A DNA stretch of 64,000 nucleotides from Bacilli bacterium (GCA_051872335.1 JBJEDT010000037.1:151-64150), one strand, 5' to 3'. Positions 21,119-30,408 are shown, counted from the stretch's first letter. Numbers and translations: made by a program. Notes: generated by a model not told the origin, from the letters alone.

Positions 21119-21151
21119 ATCACCACTACATTATATGCAAGTGGTGATTTT
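21116..21151 (-). terminator. Hairpin between the cassette and murC, overlapping the murC SD
   Basis: 12-bp perfect arms AAAATCACCACT/AGTGGTGATTTT with 12-nt loop. Confidence 0.7.
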
Positions 21152-21157
21152 AAAATT

Positions 21158-21970
21158 TTATATAACTATTTTATACTTGAAATGTTTCTCTTGAAAATAA
21201 ATGTTCTTTTTAATTTCTTCTATTGAATATTCCTTATTATCAGTAACAACTATTAACTTATCTTCAATATCATTTTCTCTTTCAATAACTGCATATATTT
21301 TACCTACACAGTTAGTTACAGGCTCATCAACACCGAAGACATATGCATCTTGATATTCATCATCAGCAGCTTTAATTTCCTTTATATAACCATAATTTAT
21401 TGGATATATAATATCTTTATGTTTTGGGTGTATTGATCCAATTGGCCTATCAATATAAACTTTAACTTTCTTTCCAATATTAGTTTCCAACTTTTCTCTG
21501 ATAATTAATTTTTTTAATAATTTATATGCATCTTTTTCCAAATCTAGAAGCTGATAATTAATACTTTCCATCATTTTTTCTGTCGCTTGTTCAATGTCAA
21601 AAGTGTGATATATATTGTAATATGATACAATTTTCTTTGCATTAAAAAGTTTGAAAACTTCTCTGCTAGACAATTTATAGATTATTGACAAAGCTCTATA
21701 AATGTAACCAATCCAAAACATTTCATTTTTAGAATATTTAGTTTGTCCATAAGAAGAAGATCCGTATTCATTATCAATTTCATAAAAACAATCGTTTATG
21801 TCAAGTGCCATAACTAAAAAACTATAATCGTCGAATTTTTTTGATAAGTTTGATAGCATAAACCTTCTAATAAAAATCAAAGAACTACACTCGACTTTAT
21901 CTACTGATTCTTCAAATATTTTTCCTTGTATTTGACATAATTTTCTTTCATTAAAATCTAACTTTTTCAT
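21158..21970 (-). CDS. DUF3990-partner helical domain fused to an inorganic-pyrophosphatase-like domain
   Basis: N-half has FWIGYIYR...YHT motif; C-terminal about 110 aa has IDRPIGS.HP, YPINYGYI, DDEYQDAY, EDKLIV; ATGA overlap with upstream gene. Confidence 0.65.
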   Translation of the reverse strand: MKKLDFNERKLCQIQGKIFEESVDKVECSSLIFIRRFMLSNLSKKFDDYSFLVMALDINDCFYEIDNEYGSSSYGQTKYSKNEMFWIGYIYRALSIIYKLSSREVFKLFNAKKIVSYYNIYHTFDIEQATEKMMESINYQLLDLEKDAYKLLKKLIIREKLETNIGKKVKVYIDRPIGSIHPKHKDIIYPINYGYIKEIKAADDEYQDAYVFGVDEPVTNCVGKIYAVIERENDIEDKLIVVTDNKEYSIEEIKKNIYFQEKHFKYKIVI

Positions 21971-22818
21971 TTTAGCAATTCATCAATATATTGACCCTTT
22001 CCACGATATTCAATCCTAGCAACTTTTACTTTATTTAAGTTTATGTTATTATTTTCTAGTCTTTTATTTTTATACATTTCTTTTTCTTTGCTTGATAAGA
22101 AAAACAATTTAATAAAATCTAATTTTTTTAGAGCTATCTTTGATTTAATAACATATTGATTTCCTAAATTAGTAGCTGCTAAAGCATGTTCGCATTGTTC
22201 GTTTGTAATTGCTCCATCTACAAATTCAGAAATCAAATCAAACATTCTATTATCAGCAATGGGAGCTATTATAATATCTGCATTTTCAACTTTTTTGATA
22301 ATGCTAATTATCAATTCATTTTGAGTATAATTATGCAACCATCCTCTATAATATGCAATTGCTAACATCCATTCCGTATTAACATTAAATTTTTCAACTT
22401 TTAGTTTGTTTGTGTTTAATGAAAATGAATATACATATTTAGATGAAGTATTTGCTATATAAGTAGATGCTTGTTCAAAATTTTCCCCTAAATAAAATCC
22501 TCTCCCAAAATCATTGTTTTCTTTTGAATACTTTAAATCTAGTGGTAATTCGATGACGTTTCTTGCACCATGAAATAAAAGTTTAGAATTTCTTTTTTCA
22601 CAATCTTCATAAAATATTTGTTCATAGATTTTATTAATATTTATTCCTTTTTCTAATGCATAATTATAAATCGCATCGATGTTTTTTTCTTCAATTTCAG
22701 TTTTTTCGTTTTCCCATCTACTAATTGTATCTAATGAAACACCAATATTTAAAGCTAAATCTTCTTGTGTTAAAGATAACAACTCTCTAATAACTTTCAA
22801 CTCTTTATTAACACGCAT
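21967..22818 (-). CDS. Xre HTH fused to DUF3990 (ADP-ribosyltransferase-like) domain
   Basis: LTQEDLALNIGVSLDTISRWENE HTH; LFHGA...DFGRGFYLG..EQA, IIIAPIADNR, LGNQYVIKS motifs. Confidence 0.75.
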   Translation of the reverse strand: MRVNKELKVIRELLSLTQEDLALNIGVSLDTISRWENEKTEIEEKNIDAIYNYALEKGININKIYEQIFYEDCEKRNSKLLFHGARNVIELPLDLKYSKENNDFGRGFYLGENFEQASTYIANTSSKYVYSFSLNTNKLKVEKFNVNTEWMLAIAYYRGWLHNYTQNELIISIIKKVENADIIIAPIADNRMFDLISEFVDGAITNEQCEHALAATNLGNQYVIKSKIALKKLDFIKLFFLSSKEKEMYKNKRLENNNINLNKVKVARIEYRGKGQYIDELLK

Positions 22819-22840
22819 TTAAACCCCACCTTTCGATAGT

Positions 22841-22869
22841 ATTATATACAATTATAAACACAAAGTCAA
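22841..22869 (-). promoter_or_regulatory. Sigma-A promoter of the HTH-DUF3990 cassette
   Basis: TTGACT-N17-TATAAT followed by SD AAAGGTGGGG. Confidence 0.8.
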
Positions 22870-22924
22870 AACTTATATTTATTAAATGTCGAATACAAGT
22901 TATAGATTAATAAATTTAACGCCA

Positions 22925-22972
22925 TCATAACGAAATACCAGAACCTTTTATACCAATTAAATAATATTGCAT
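22925..22972 (-). pseudogene. murC: Truncated murC 5' fragment (direct repeat copy 2)
   Basis: Translates to MQYYLIGIKGSGISL* versus MurC MKYYLVGIKGTGMSSL; repeat core 22944-22976. Confidence 0.85.
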
Positions 22973-23340
22973 AAAATTACTATTAAAAAATATGAAATTA
23001 ATTTAATAATATGCCACTACCATTGTTATTATTTAATTTAAAAGCAGTAGTAATCTTTATTACTTAATTTATTTGTTTTTTAAAATATACACAAATTGAT
23101 CAATCTATGTTTGATTTATTATTTTAATAATTGCTTCCATTTAATCATAAAATGTTTTTCAATATTATAATTAATTAAATCTTTTCAAAAAGTTAAACTG
23201 ATGAAATTCGATTATATATCCATATTTTCATATTCTATTTATATTAAAAATTATAAATGATGCCACAAAAATCAAAATTATTGTTAAACAATAATATTTA
23301 TATTTAGAATAAAAATAGTTTATTTTCATATCTTAAATAT

Positions 23341-23889
23341 ATGATAAATAATTTAATTAAAGCATCAAAACACATATTAGTATTTATATTATTTTCATTT
23401 ATTGGATGGTTCTGGGAAACTATATTAGTTCTTATTTTATATAATTCAATTTCAAATATTGGCTTTCTTCATTTACCAATATGCCCTATATATGGAACAA
23501 CTATTTTGCTATGTTATTTACTGTTAGGTACACCAAATAATTTTAAGTTGCCTTTAAAACGATTATCAAATAAGAAATTAAAAACTATATTATATTTATT
23601 AATATTATTTATAGTTCCTACCATTATAGAAGTTATAGTTGGTAATTATTTTTATAATAAATATGGTATTGTTTTATGGTCTTATGAAGGCCTTCCTTTA
23701 ACAATAGGAAAATATATAAATCTATTTGTTTCTTTATTTTGGGCTGTTTGCATTTTCTTAATCATGAGATACCTAATTGAACCCATTTATAGATTTTTAA
23801 ATAATGTTAGTACTTTTAATATTTTAGGTCTTTCCTTAACATTTATTTTACTTACTGCAATAGATTTTATTATTTGTATAAAAAAATAA
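23341..23889 (+). CDS. Putative ABC transporter permease (CmpB/DUF1113-like membrane protein)
   Basis: FSFIGWFWE, GFLHLPICPIYG, LWSY motifs; about 5 TM helices. Confidence 0.7.
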   Translation: MINNLIKASKHILVFILFSFIGWFWETILVLILYNSISNIGFLHLPICPIYGTTILLCYLLLGTPNNFKLPLKRLSNKKLKTILYLLILFIVPTIIEVIVGNYFYNKYGIVLWSYEGLPLTIGKYINLFVSLFWAVCIFLIMRYLIEPIYRFLNNVSTFNILGLSLTFILLTAIDFIICIKK

Positions 23890-23951
23890 TAATGGGAATG
23901 TATTAAGATATTAAAAATCTTACATTCCCATCATTATAAAGGAGAAATTAA

Positions 23952-24602
23952 TTATTTTTCATTATTTGTTTCTTCAATGTCTTTTTTCCAATCTTTTGTT
24001 AAAGTTTTATTTTTTCTTATTTCAGAAACAGCTTCACAAAGACAAACATAATTTGCTTTAACACCATCTTTATTATTTTTATAATTAACTGCTAAATCTT
24101 TATTTATTCCTAGTTTTGATGCTTCAGCAATTGTGTCAATATTAGCACCTATAAAAATAACTTCCCATTTCTTATTTTTTCTTAATCGTTCAATGATTTT
24201 TCTAACTGTTTTGTAGTTAAACTTATAACTTGAATTTTCTTGTCCATCAGTTATTATAACAAGTAACGTTTTTGTTATTGTTTTTGATTGTTCGTCTTTT
24301 GCTTGTTTTCTTTCAATATAGGTTGTTGTACTTCCTATTGCATCAAGTAAAGCTGTAGAACCAAATGGTTCATAATCTTCTTTTGTCAATTCATGAATCT
24401 TTTTAATATTAACTCGATTATGAATTGTTCTTGAGTTATCACTAAACATAACTGTTGTAACTATTGCTTCCCCCTCCTCATTTTTTTGTTTTTTAATAAG
24501 TGAATTGAAACCATCAATAGTTTCTTGTCTTAAATCGGACATTGACCCACTTTCATCTAAAATGAATACTAATTCTGTAAATTCTTTTTTCATATCTTTC
24601 AT
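23952..24602 (-). CDS. Stand-alone von Willebrand factor A domain protein
   Basis: MIDAS DESGSM, TALLDAIG, IITDGQENSS, FIGAN. Confidence 0.88.
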   Translation of the reverse strand: MKDMKKEFTELVFILDESGSMSDLRQETIDGFNSLIKKQKNEEGEAIVTTVMFSDNSRTIHNRVNIKKIHELTKEDYEPFGSTALLDAIGSTTTYIERKQAKDEQSKTITKTLLVIITDGQENSSYKFNYKTVRKIIERLRKNKKWEVIFIGANIDTIAEASKLGINKDLAVNYKNNKDGVKANYVCLCEAVSEIRKNKTLTKDWKKDIEETNNEK

Positions 24603-24643
24603 TCCTTTCTTTATAGCTTTATTGTAAATAAAAAGGAATTAAA

Positions 24644-24668
24644 AAAAGTCACTTCTGAAGTGACTTTT
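24644..24668. promoter_or_regulatory. Perfect palindrome between HTH gene and vWA gene (operator and/or terminator)
   Basis: AAAAGTCACTTC-T-GAAGTGACTTTT; a -10-like TACAAT lies just downstream on the minus strand. Confidence 0.6.
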
Positions 24669-24669
24669 A

Positions 24670-25239
24670 TCAATTAATAGAAAATAATTTATAACTCATT
24701 TCTTCTAAAATTAGATTAATATTAAATACATTATAAATGCTTTCTTCAATACAATATCTAATGACTAAATCTCGTGCTATTGATAATGATAAAGTATAAC
24801 CAGCTTTAGCTAATAAATCTAAAGAATCATCTAAATTTAATTTTAACCCTATGCACATTTGAATTGCTGTATCTTTTGTTGGTTGATAATTTTCATTATA
24901 TCTAATTTTAGAAAATGTCTGTTTAGAAATACTAGCTCTTTTATATACGTCAGGATCTTTAAAGTTCTTTCTATCTATAATTTTAAAAACTGTTTTTTGC
25001 CAAGAATCAGTTGCATCTTCGATAATATTTTCTAAAGAACGTTTGTTTTTTGAGATTGATTTATTTTCTTCACATATTGTTAAACATTCACAATTTTTAA
25101 CAAAATGTTTATCCATATCAGAAAACAAAGAATCTGCAGAATTATCTTCAAAGTTATTTTCAATAATTAAATTATTACATATGTATAACTTAATTTTAGA
25201 AATTAAATCTTTATTTATTTTTAAATGCATTGCCATCAC
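24670..25239 (-). CDS. Xre-like HTH regulator (type often fused to macro domains)
   Basis: DPDVYKRASISKQTFSKIR...YQPTKDTA...LLAKAGYTLS motif. Confidence 0.65.
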   Translation of the reverse strand: MMAMHLKINKDLISKIKLYICNNLIIENNFEDNSADSLFSDMDKHFVKNCECLTICEENKSISKNKRSLENIIEDATDSWQKTVFKIIDRKNFKDPDVYKRASISKQTFSKIRYNENYQPTKDTAIQMCIGLKLNLDDSLDLLAKAGYTLSLSIARDLVIRYCIEESIYNVFNINLILEEMSYKLFSIN

Positions 25240-25298
25240 CTATATTTATTTTACCATAAGCTTTGTTATTAATTAATCGTTTATGTTAGTTGGTTTTA

Positions 25299-25326
25299 TA
25301 AAAAAAGAGCAAATACTTGCTCTTTT
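25299..25326 (-). terminator. Intrinsic terminator of alaS-ruvX-yrzB
   Basis: AAAAGAGCAA-ATAC-TTGCTCTTTT inverted repeat with A-run. Confidence 0.75.
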
Positions 25327-25329
25327 AAA

Positions 25330-25602
25330 TTAGTCTAATCCAAAATGTTCTCTTGCTTCATCATCTTCTTGGAAAGTATTTAATACTTCCTCAACCATAT
25401 CCCACTCTTCATCAGAGTCAATATCTTCTAGATGTCCATCATCATAATATCTTGAAGCAAATATTTCTTCAGGATTTGAAGGATCATAATATAAGACATA
25501 TTGAATATCTGAATCATCTCCAGCAAATGTAAATAAGATTTCAAATCTATTTTCAGTGCCGTCTTCATCAGTAATAATAATTTGTTTATCGTCTATAATC
25601 AT
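25330..25602 (-). CDS. yrzB: DUF1292 (YrzB-like) acidic protein
   Basis: ITDEDGTE.RFEILFTF, IDSDEEWDMVEEVLNTF. Confidence 0.88.
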   Translation of the reverse strand: MIIDDKQIIITDEDGTENRFEILFTFAGDDSDIQYVLYYDPSNPEEIFASRYYDDGHLEDIDSDEEWDMVEEVLNTFQEDDEAREHFGLD

Positions 25603-25612
25603 TTTATTTTCC

Positions 25613-26035
25613 TCACTTTCTTCTTGCTAAATATGATTCTAGAATAACTACAGCCGCTTGTTGATCTATAACTTTTTTTCGTTTGTTTCTAGATAAGTCA
25701 GCCTCTAACAACCGATTATTTGCAATCATTGTTGTCATTCTTTCATCAATCATTGTAATCTTAAAATTAGGATTAGCTTCTAATAATTGGTCTTTAAAAC
25801 GTAAACAAGACTCAGCTCGTTCTCCCTTTGTACCGTTCATATTCAATGGTAAACCAAGAGCAATTTCTTCAATGTTATCTTTTTTAGTTATTTCTAAAAC
25901 TCTTTGAATAGCTGCTTTGTAATTACCTTCATTAAAGCGAAATGTTTCAATACCATAAGCATACCATCCAGCACTATCGCTTTCTGCAATTCCAAGAGTA
26001 CGTGTTCCTAAATCTAGTCCTAATGCTTTACTCAT
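25613..26035 (-). CDS. ruvX: YqgF/RuvX-family nuclease (YrrK)
   Basis: LGLDLGTRTLGIA, GLPLNMNG, DERMTT, IDQQAAVVILE. Confidence 0.93.
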   Translation of the reverse strand: MSKALGLDLGTRTLGIAESDSAGWYAYGIETFRFNEGNYKAAIQRVLEITKKDNIEEIALGLPLNMNGTKGERAESCLRFKDQLLEANPNFKITMIDERMTTMIANNRLLEADLSRNKRKKVIDQQAAVVILESYLARRK

Positions 26036-26058
26036 ATAAATACCCCTTTATGTATTTA

Positions 26059-28662
26059 TTATGCAAGAATAGTCTTAATTTTTGCAACAACTTCATCAAG
26101 TTTTGATAAATCCTTAACAGCACCACTAGCCATATCAGGTCTTCCTCCACCTGAGCCACCAAGAATTGCTGTAATTTCTTTTACTATATTTCCTGCTTTA
26201 ATATTATTAACTAATTCTTGACCTACAAAAACTACTAAAGGATGTACTCCATTATCATCACCAATCAAAACTATTAAAGATTTTTTATGTAAACCTTTTA
26301 ATAAATCCATTGATTTTAATAATGCGTCTCTATTACCTTTAATAACTTTTGCTAACAAATAAGTATCATTAATGCATTCAAAACTATTAGCTAAATCTTT
26401 AGCACTATTTGATGCTTCTTTATCAAGTAATGCTTTATTTTGTTTCTTTAATTCTTCTTTTTCATTTAAAGAAGCTTTCAATTTATCTTTTACTTCATAA
26501 ACTGAACTTACACCTAACATAGAGCCTGCTTGTGCTAAAATGTTTTCTTTATTCTTTAATAGTTCATATGCTGATTTACCAGTTCTAGCTTGAATTCTTC
26601 TAACTCCAGAAGCAATACTTTCTTCATATTCAATTGCAAAAGCACCTACATCTTCTGAATTGAAAACATGTGTACCACCACATAATTCTTTAGAAACATC
26701 ACCAAAGCAAACAACACGTACAACATCACCATATTTTTCATCAAATAAAGCTGTTGCACCAACCTTTTTTGCTTCTTCAATAGGTAAAATTAAAGTTTTT
26801 TCTTCAATTGCTTGATCAATATATTCATTAACTAATTTTTCAACTGTAGCTAATTCATTTTCAGTTAATTTAGCATTGTGTGAGAAATCAAATCTCATGA
26901 TATTTTCATCAACATAAGAACCTTGTTGGTGAATATGATCTCCTAATACTTCAATTAGAGCAGCTTGTAATAAGTGACAACTTGAATGGTTTCTCATAAT
27001 TCTTATTCTTCTTTGTTTATTGATAGATAAATTCAATTCATCGCCAACTTTTAATTCACCAAACAATACTCTTACATGATGCAAATGTTGTTTATTTGGA
27101 GCTTTAGAAACATTTAATACTTCACATTCTGTATCTTCATTATAAAATTTACCGGTATCAGCAACTTGCCCACCCATTTCAGCGTAAAAATTAGTATTAT
27201 CGAGGATGACATCACCTTCATCATCCAATGAATCAACTTTTACTCCATCTTTAAATAAACCTATAACTTTTCCTTTAGTATCAGCCATATCATAACTAAA
27301 GTTAGATTCACTTGTAAATGCCATTAAATCTGCTGATTGTTTATTCATAGATTGAACATCTGATCTAGAAGCTCTTGCTCTTTCCTTTTGTTGTTCCATA
27401 TTTTCATTAAAGCCTTCTAAATCAACCTTAACATTTTGTTCTTGAGCAATTTCAATAGTTAATTCAATAGGGAATCCATATGTATCATAAAGTTTAAAAG
27501 CATCAGCACCACTTAATGTAGTTGTATTTTCAAGCATTTTCTTTAATAATGATTCACCACTATTTAAAGTTCTTAAGAATTTTTCTTCTTCAGCATGAAT
27601 CATTTTTGTTACATGTTCTTGATGTTCTTGTAAATATGGATAAAAATCTTTCATCATATCAACAACTACGGGTACTAAAGTATATAAGAAGGCATTTGTA
27701 ATACCTAATTTACGTCCATATCTCATTGCACGTCTCAAAATTCTTCTTAATACATATCCTCTACCTTCGTTAGAAAAACTTGCGCCATCACTTAAGGCAA
27801 ATGTACATGTTCTAATATGATCAGCGATAACTCTAAAGCACATTTTATGTGTATCATCATATTTATCTTTTGTTAATTTTAAAACACTTTCAATAATTGG
27901 ATAAAATAAATCTGTTTCAAAATTTGTTTCAGTTTCTTGTAAAACACAAGCAATTCTTTCTAATCCAGCACCTGTATCAATGTTTTTATTAGGTAATTCT
28001 TTATAATCTTCCCTTGCAACACCTTCAACAGCATTATATTGAGAAAAAACAATACCCCAAATTTCAATGTATCTATCATTTTCTAAGTCTTCTTTTAATA
28101 AGCGAATACCTATATGTTCAGGATCATATTTTTCTCCTCTATCAAAAAATACTTCAGTATTTGGTCCACATGGTCCTTCTCCAATTTGCCAGAAATTACC
28201 TTCTAATGGTATTAAATGGTCCTCATTAACTCCTAAATCCATCCAACATTTCTTTGTAACATTATCAGTTGGTAGATAAGTAAAATAAAGTTTATCTAAT
28301 GGAATTCCAAAATATTTATCATTAGTTAAAATTTCAAAAGCCCATGGAATCATTTCAAGTCTAAAATAATCACCAATTGAAAAGTTGCCTAACATTTCAA
28401 AAAAAGTATGGTGTCTAGCTGTATGTCCAACATTTTCAATATCATTTGTTCTAATAGATTTTTGAACGTTAGTAATTCTTTTGTTTTTAGGCATTTCACT
28501 ACCATCAAAATATTTTTTTAATGCAGCTACACCTGAATTAATCCATAGTAAAGTTGGATCATTATGAGGTACTAATGAAGCACCTGGTTCAATGTAATGA
28601 CCTTTACTTTCCCAGAACTTTAACCAAGTTGTTCTAATTTCATTTGCAGTTAATTTTTTCAT
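26059..28662 (-). CDS. alaS: Alanine--tRNA ligase
   Basis: HHTFFEMLGNFS, NHSSCHLLQ, KELCGGTH, GGSGGGRPDMA. Confidence 0.98.
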   Translation of the reverse strand: MKKLTANEIRTTWLKFWESKGHYIEPGASLVPHNDPTLLWINSGVAALKKYFDGSEMPKNKRITNVQKSIRTNDIENVGHTARHHTFFEMLGNFSIGDYFRLEMIPWAFEILTNDKYFGIPLDKLYFTYLPTDNVTKKCWMDLGVNEDHLIPLEGNFWQIGEGPCGPNTEVFFDRGEKYDPEHIGIRLLKEDLENDRYIEIWGIVFSQYNAVEGVAREDYKELPNKNIDTGAGLERIACVLQETETNFETDLFYPIIESVLKLTKDKYDDTHKMCFRVIADHIRTCTFALSDGASFSNEGRGYVLRRILRRAMRYGRKLGITNAFLYTLVPVVVDMMKDFYPYLQEHQEHVTKMIHAEEEKFLRTLNSGESLLKKMLENTTTLSGADAFKLYDTYGFPIELTIEIAQEQNVKVDLEGFNENMEQQKERARASRSDVQSMNKQSADLMAFTSESNFSYDMADTKGKVIGLFKDGVKVDSLDDEGDVILDNTNFYAEMGGQVADTGKFYNEDTECEVLNVSKAPNKQHLHHVRVLFGELKVGDELNLSINKQRRIRIMRNHSSCHLLQAALIEVLGDHIHQQGSYVDENIMRFDFSHNAKLTENELATVEKLVNEYIDQAIEEKTLILPIEEAKKVGATALFDEKYGDVVRVVCFGDVSKELCGGTHVFNSEDVGAFAIEYEESIASGVRRIQARTGKSAYELLKNKENILAQAGSMLGVSSVYEVKDKLKASLNEKEELKKQNKALLDKEASNSAKDLANSFECINDTYLLAKVIKGNRDALLKSMDLLKGLHKKSLIVLIGDDNGVHPLVVFVGQELVNNIKAGNIVKEITAILGGSGGGRPDMASGAVKDLSKLDEVVAKIKTILA

Positions 28663-28681
28663 AAACTTTCTCCTTTAAAAT

Positions 28682-28885
28682 AAAAAAATTCCTTAAAACA
28701 AGGAACGAAATAATCGCGGTACCATCCTATTTCATATCTTACGATATGCACCTTAATAAAACTTTAACGCAGTAAACGTGATTTTTCAATCAACTCTCCA
28801 AAGTAGCACACTTTATTTTAATTAAAACTTTTCACCAACCAGTTTTTCTCTAGAAATATAAATAAAGCATTTCTTTTTCAACAAG
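28682..28885 (-). promoter_or_regulatory. T-box riboswitch (Ala)
   Basis: T-box AGGATGGTACCGCG (28715-28728), AGAGA/GGTGAA motifs, GCT specifier at 28805-28807. Confidence 0.9.
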
Positions 28886-29002
28886 CAACATTATTGTATC
28901 ATAATGTATATTTATGTCAAAACATTTTTATTAATTTATTAATAAAACTTGCTTTTTTTAAAATTTGTTTTATATTTAATATTGCTGCATAAGGGAAGTA
29001 TT

Positions 29003-30400
29003 ATGGAATTATCACACAAGATTAAACATTCAAATATTGATTTAACACAAGGTAATCCATTAAAGGTTATCATTTTTTATACTATTCCATTACTTTTTGG
29101 TAATTTATTTCAACAATTTTATAATGTTGTTGATTCATATATTGTTGGTAATTATATAAATGATGCAGCTTTAGCAGCAGTATCATCATCAGCTTCATTA
29201 ATATCATTACTAATTAGCTTGTTTCAAGGAATAGCCGTTGGAGCTGGTATTTTATTAGCTCAATATTTTGGTGCTAAAGAAGAAGAAAAAATGCATAGAT
29301 GTGTTCACACAACTGTTGGATTTGGAATTATTTTAGGCATTATTGTTACAATTATAGGAGTTTTTTTATCTCCTCAAATATTGAAATGGATGAATACTCC
29401 TACTGAAGTAATTGGTGAATCGATAGTATATTTTACTGTATACTTTTCTGGTAGTATGTTTACTATAATGTACAATATTGGAAGTAGTATTTTAAGAGCT
29501 ATTGGAGATTCTAAAAGACCTTTATATTATCTAATTATAGCTTCAGTTATCAATATTTTATTAGATTTATTATTTGTTGCAACATTCCATATGGGTGTTG
29601 CTGGAGCAGCATTAGCAACAATTATCTCACAATGCATTTCTATGATATTAACTTATATTACTTTAATAAAAGAAGATGGGCCTCATAAATTAATACTTAA
29701 AGAAATTAGAATATATAAAGAAGAGCTTATAAAAATACTTGCTTATGGAATCCCTTCTGGATTACAAAACTCAATTATTTCTTTAAGCAATGTTTTCATT
29801 CAATCAAATATAAATTCTTTTGGTAAAATAGTTCAAGCAGGTTGTGGTAGCTATCAAAAAATAGAAGGATTTGCAACTATGCCTTCTGGTTCATTCTCAA
29901 TGAGTTTAGCTACTTTTGTTAGTCAAAATGTCGGAGCAAAACAATTTAAAAGAGCACGAAAAGGCGCATTACAAGGTATTCTTTTATCAATGATTACAAC
30001 TGAAATCATTGGAATAATTTTATATATATTCGCACCTCAATTGATTTCTTTGTTTACTGATACACCAGAAGTTATCGAAGTTGGTGTCCTTCAAACAATT
30101 ACTATAGTTCCATTTTATTGTTTACTTGCTTATTCGCATGGTATGTCTGGTATTTTACGTGGATTTGGTAAATCAAAAACACCAATGTTTGTAATGATTA
30201 TATGCTGGTGTGTTGTTAGAGTTATCGGTATTCCTTTGGCTTTAAAAATACCTGGATTTAATAAAATAACAACGATTTTCTATTTTTATCCATTAACTTG
30301 GTCAATTTCCTTTATTGTCTTAACAATTGTCTTTATTATAGTAATTCACAAACAAATAAAATTAGAGAAAGAGAATACAAATGAAAAAAGTAGTTTATAA
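29003..30400 (+). CDS. MATE-family efflux transporter
   Basis: DLTQGNP, GNLFQQFYNVVDS, LRAIGDSKRPL; about 12 TM helices. Confidence 0.92.
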   Translation: MELSHKIKHSNIDLTQGNPLKVIIFYTIPLLFGNLFQQFYNVVDSYIVGNYINDAALAAVSSSASLISLLISLFQGIAVGAGILLAQYFGAKEEEKMHRCVHTTVGFGIILGIIVTIIGVFLSPQILKWMNTPTEVIGESIVYFTVYFSGSMFTIMYNIGSSILRAIGDSKRPLYYLIIASVINILLDLLFVATFHMGVAGAALATIISQCISMILTYITLIKEDGPHKLILKEIRIYKEELIKILAYGIPSGLQNSIISLSNVFIQSNINSFGKIVQAGCGSYQKIEGFATMPSGSFSMSLATFVSQNVGAKQFKRARKGALQGILLSMITTEIIGIILYIFAPQLISLFTDTPEVIEVGVLQTITIVPFYCLLAYSHGMSGILRGFGKSKTPMFVMIICWCVVRVIGIPLALKIPGFNKITTIFYFYPLTWSISFIVLTIVFIIVIHKQIKLEKENTNEKSSL

Positions 30401-30408
30401 ATCATAAA

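Noticed and set aside
22887-22893. Single perfect Spo0A box (TGTCGAA) upstream of the DUF3990 cassette promoter
   Set aside because: An isolated 7-mer; other copies occur inside coding regions of this window (e.g. 12991), so chance is sufficient
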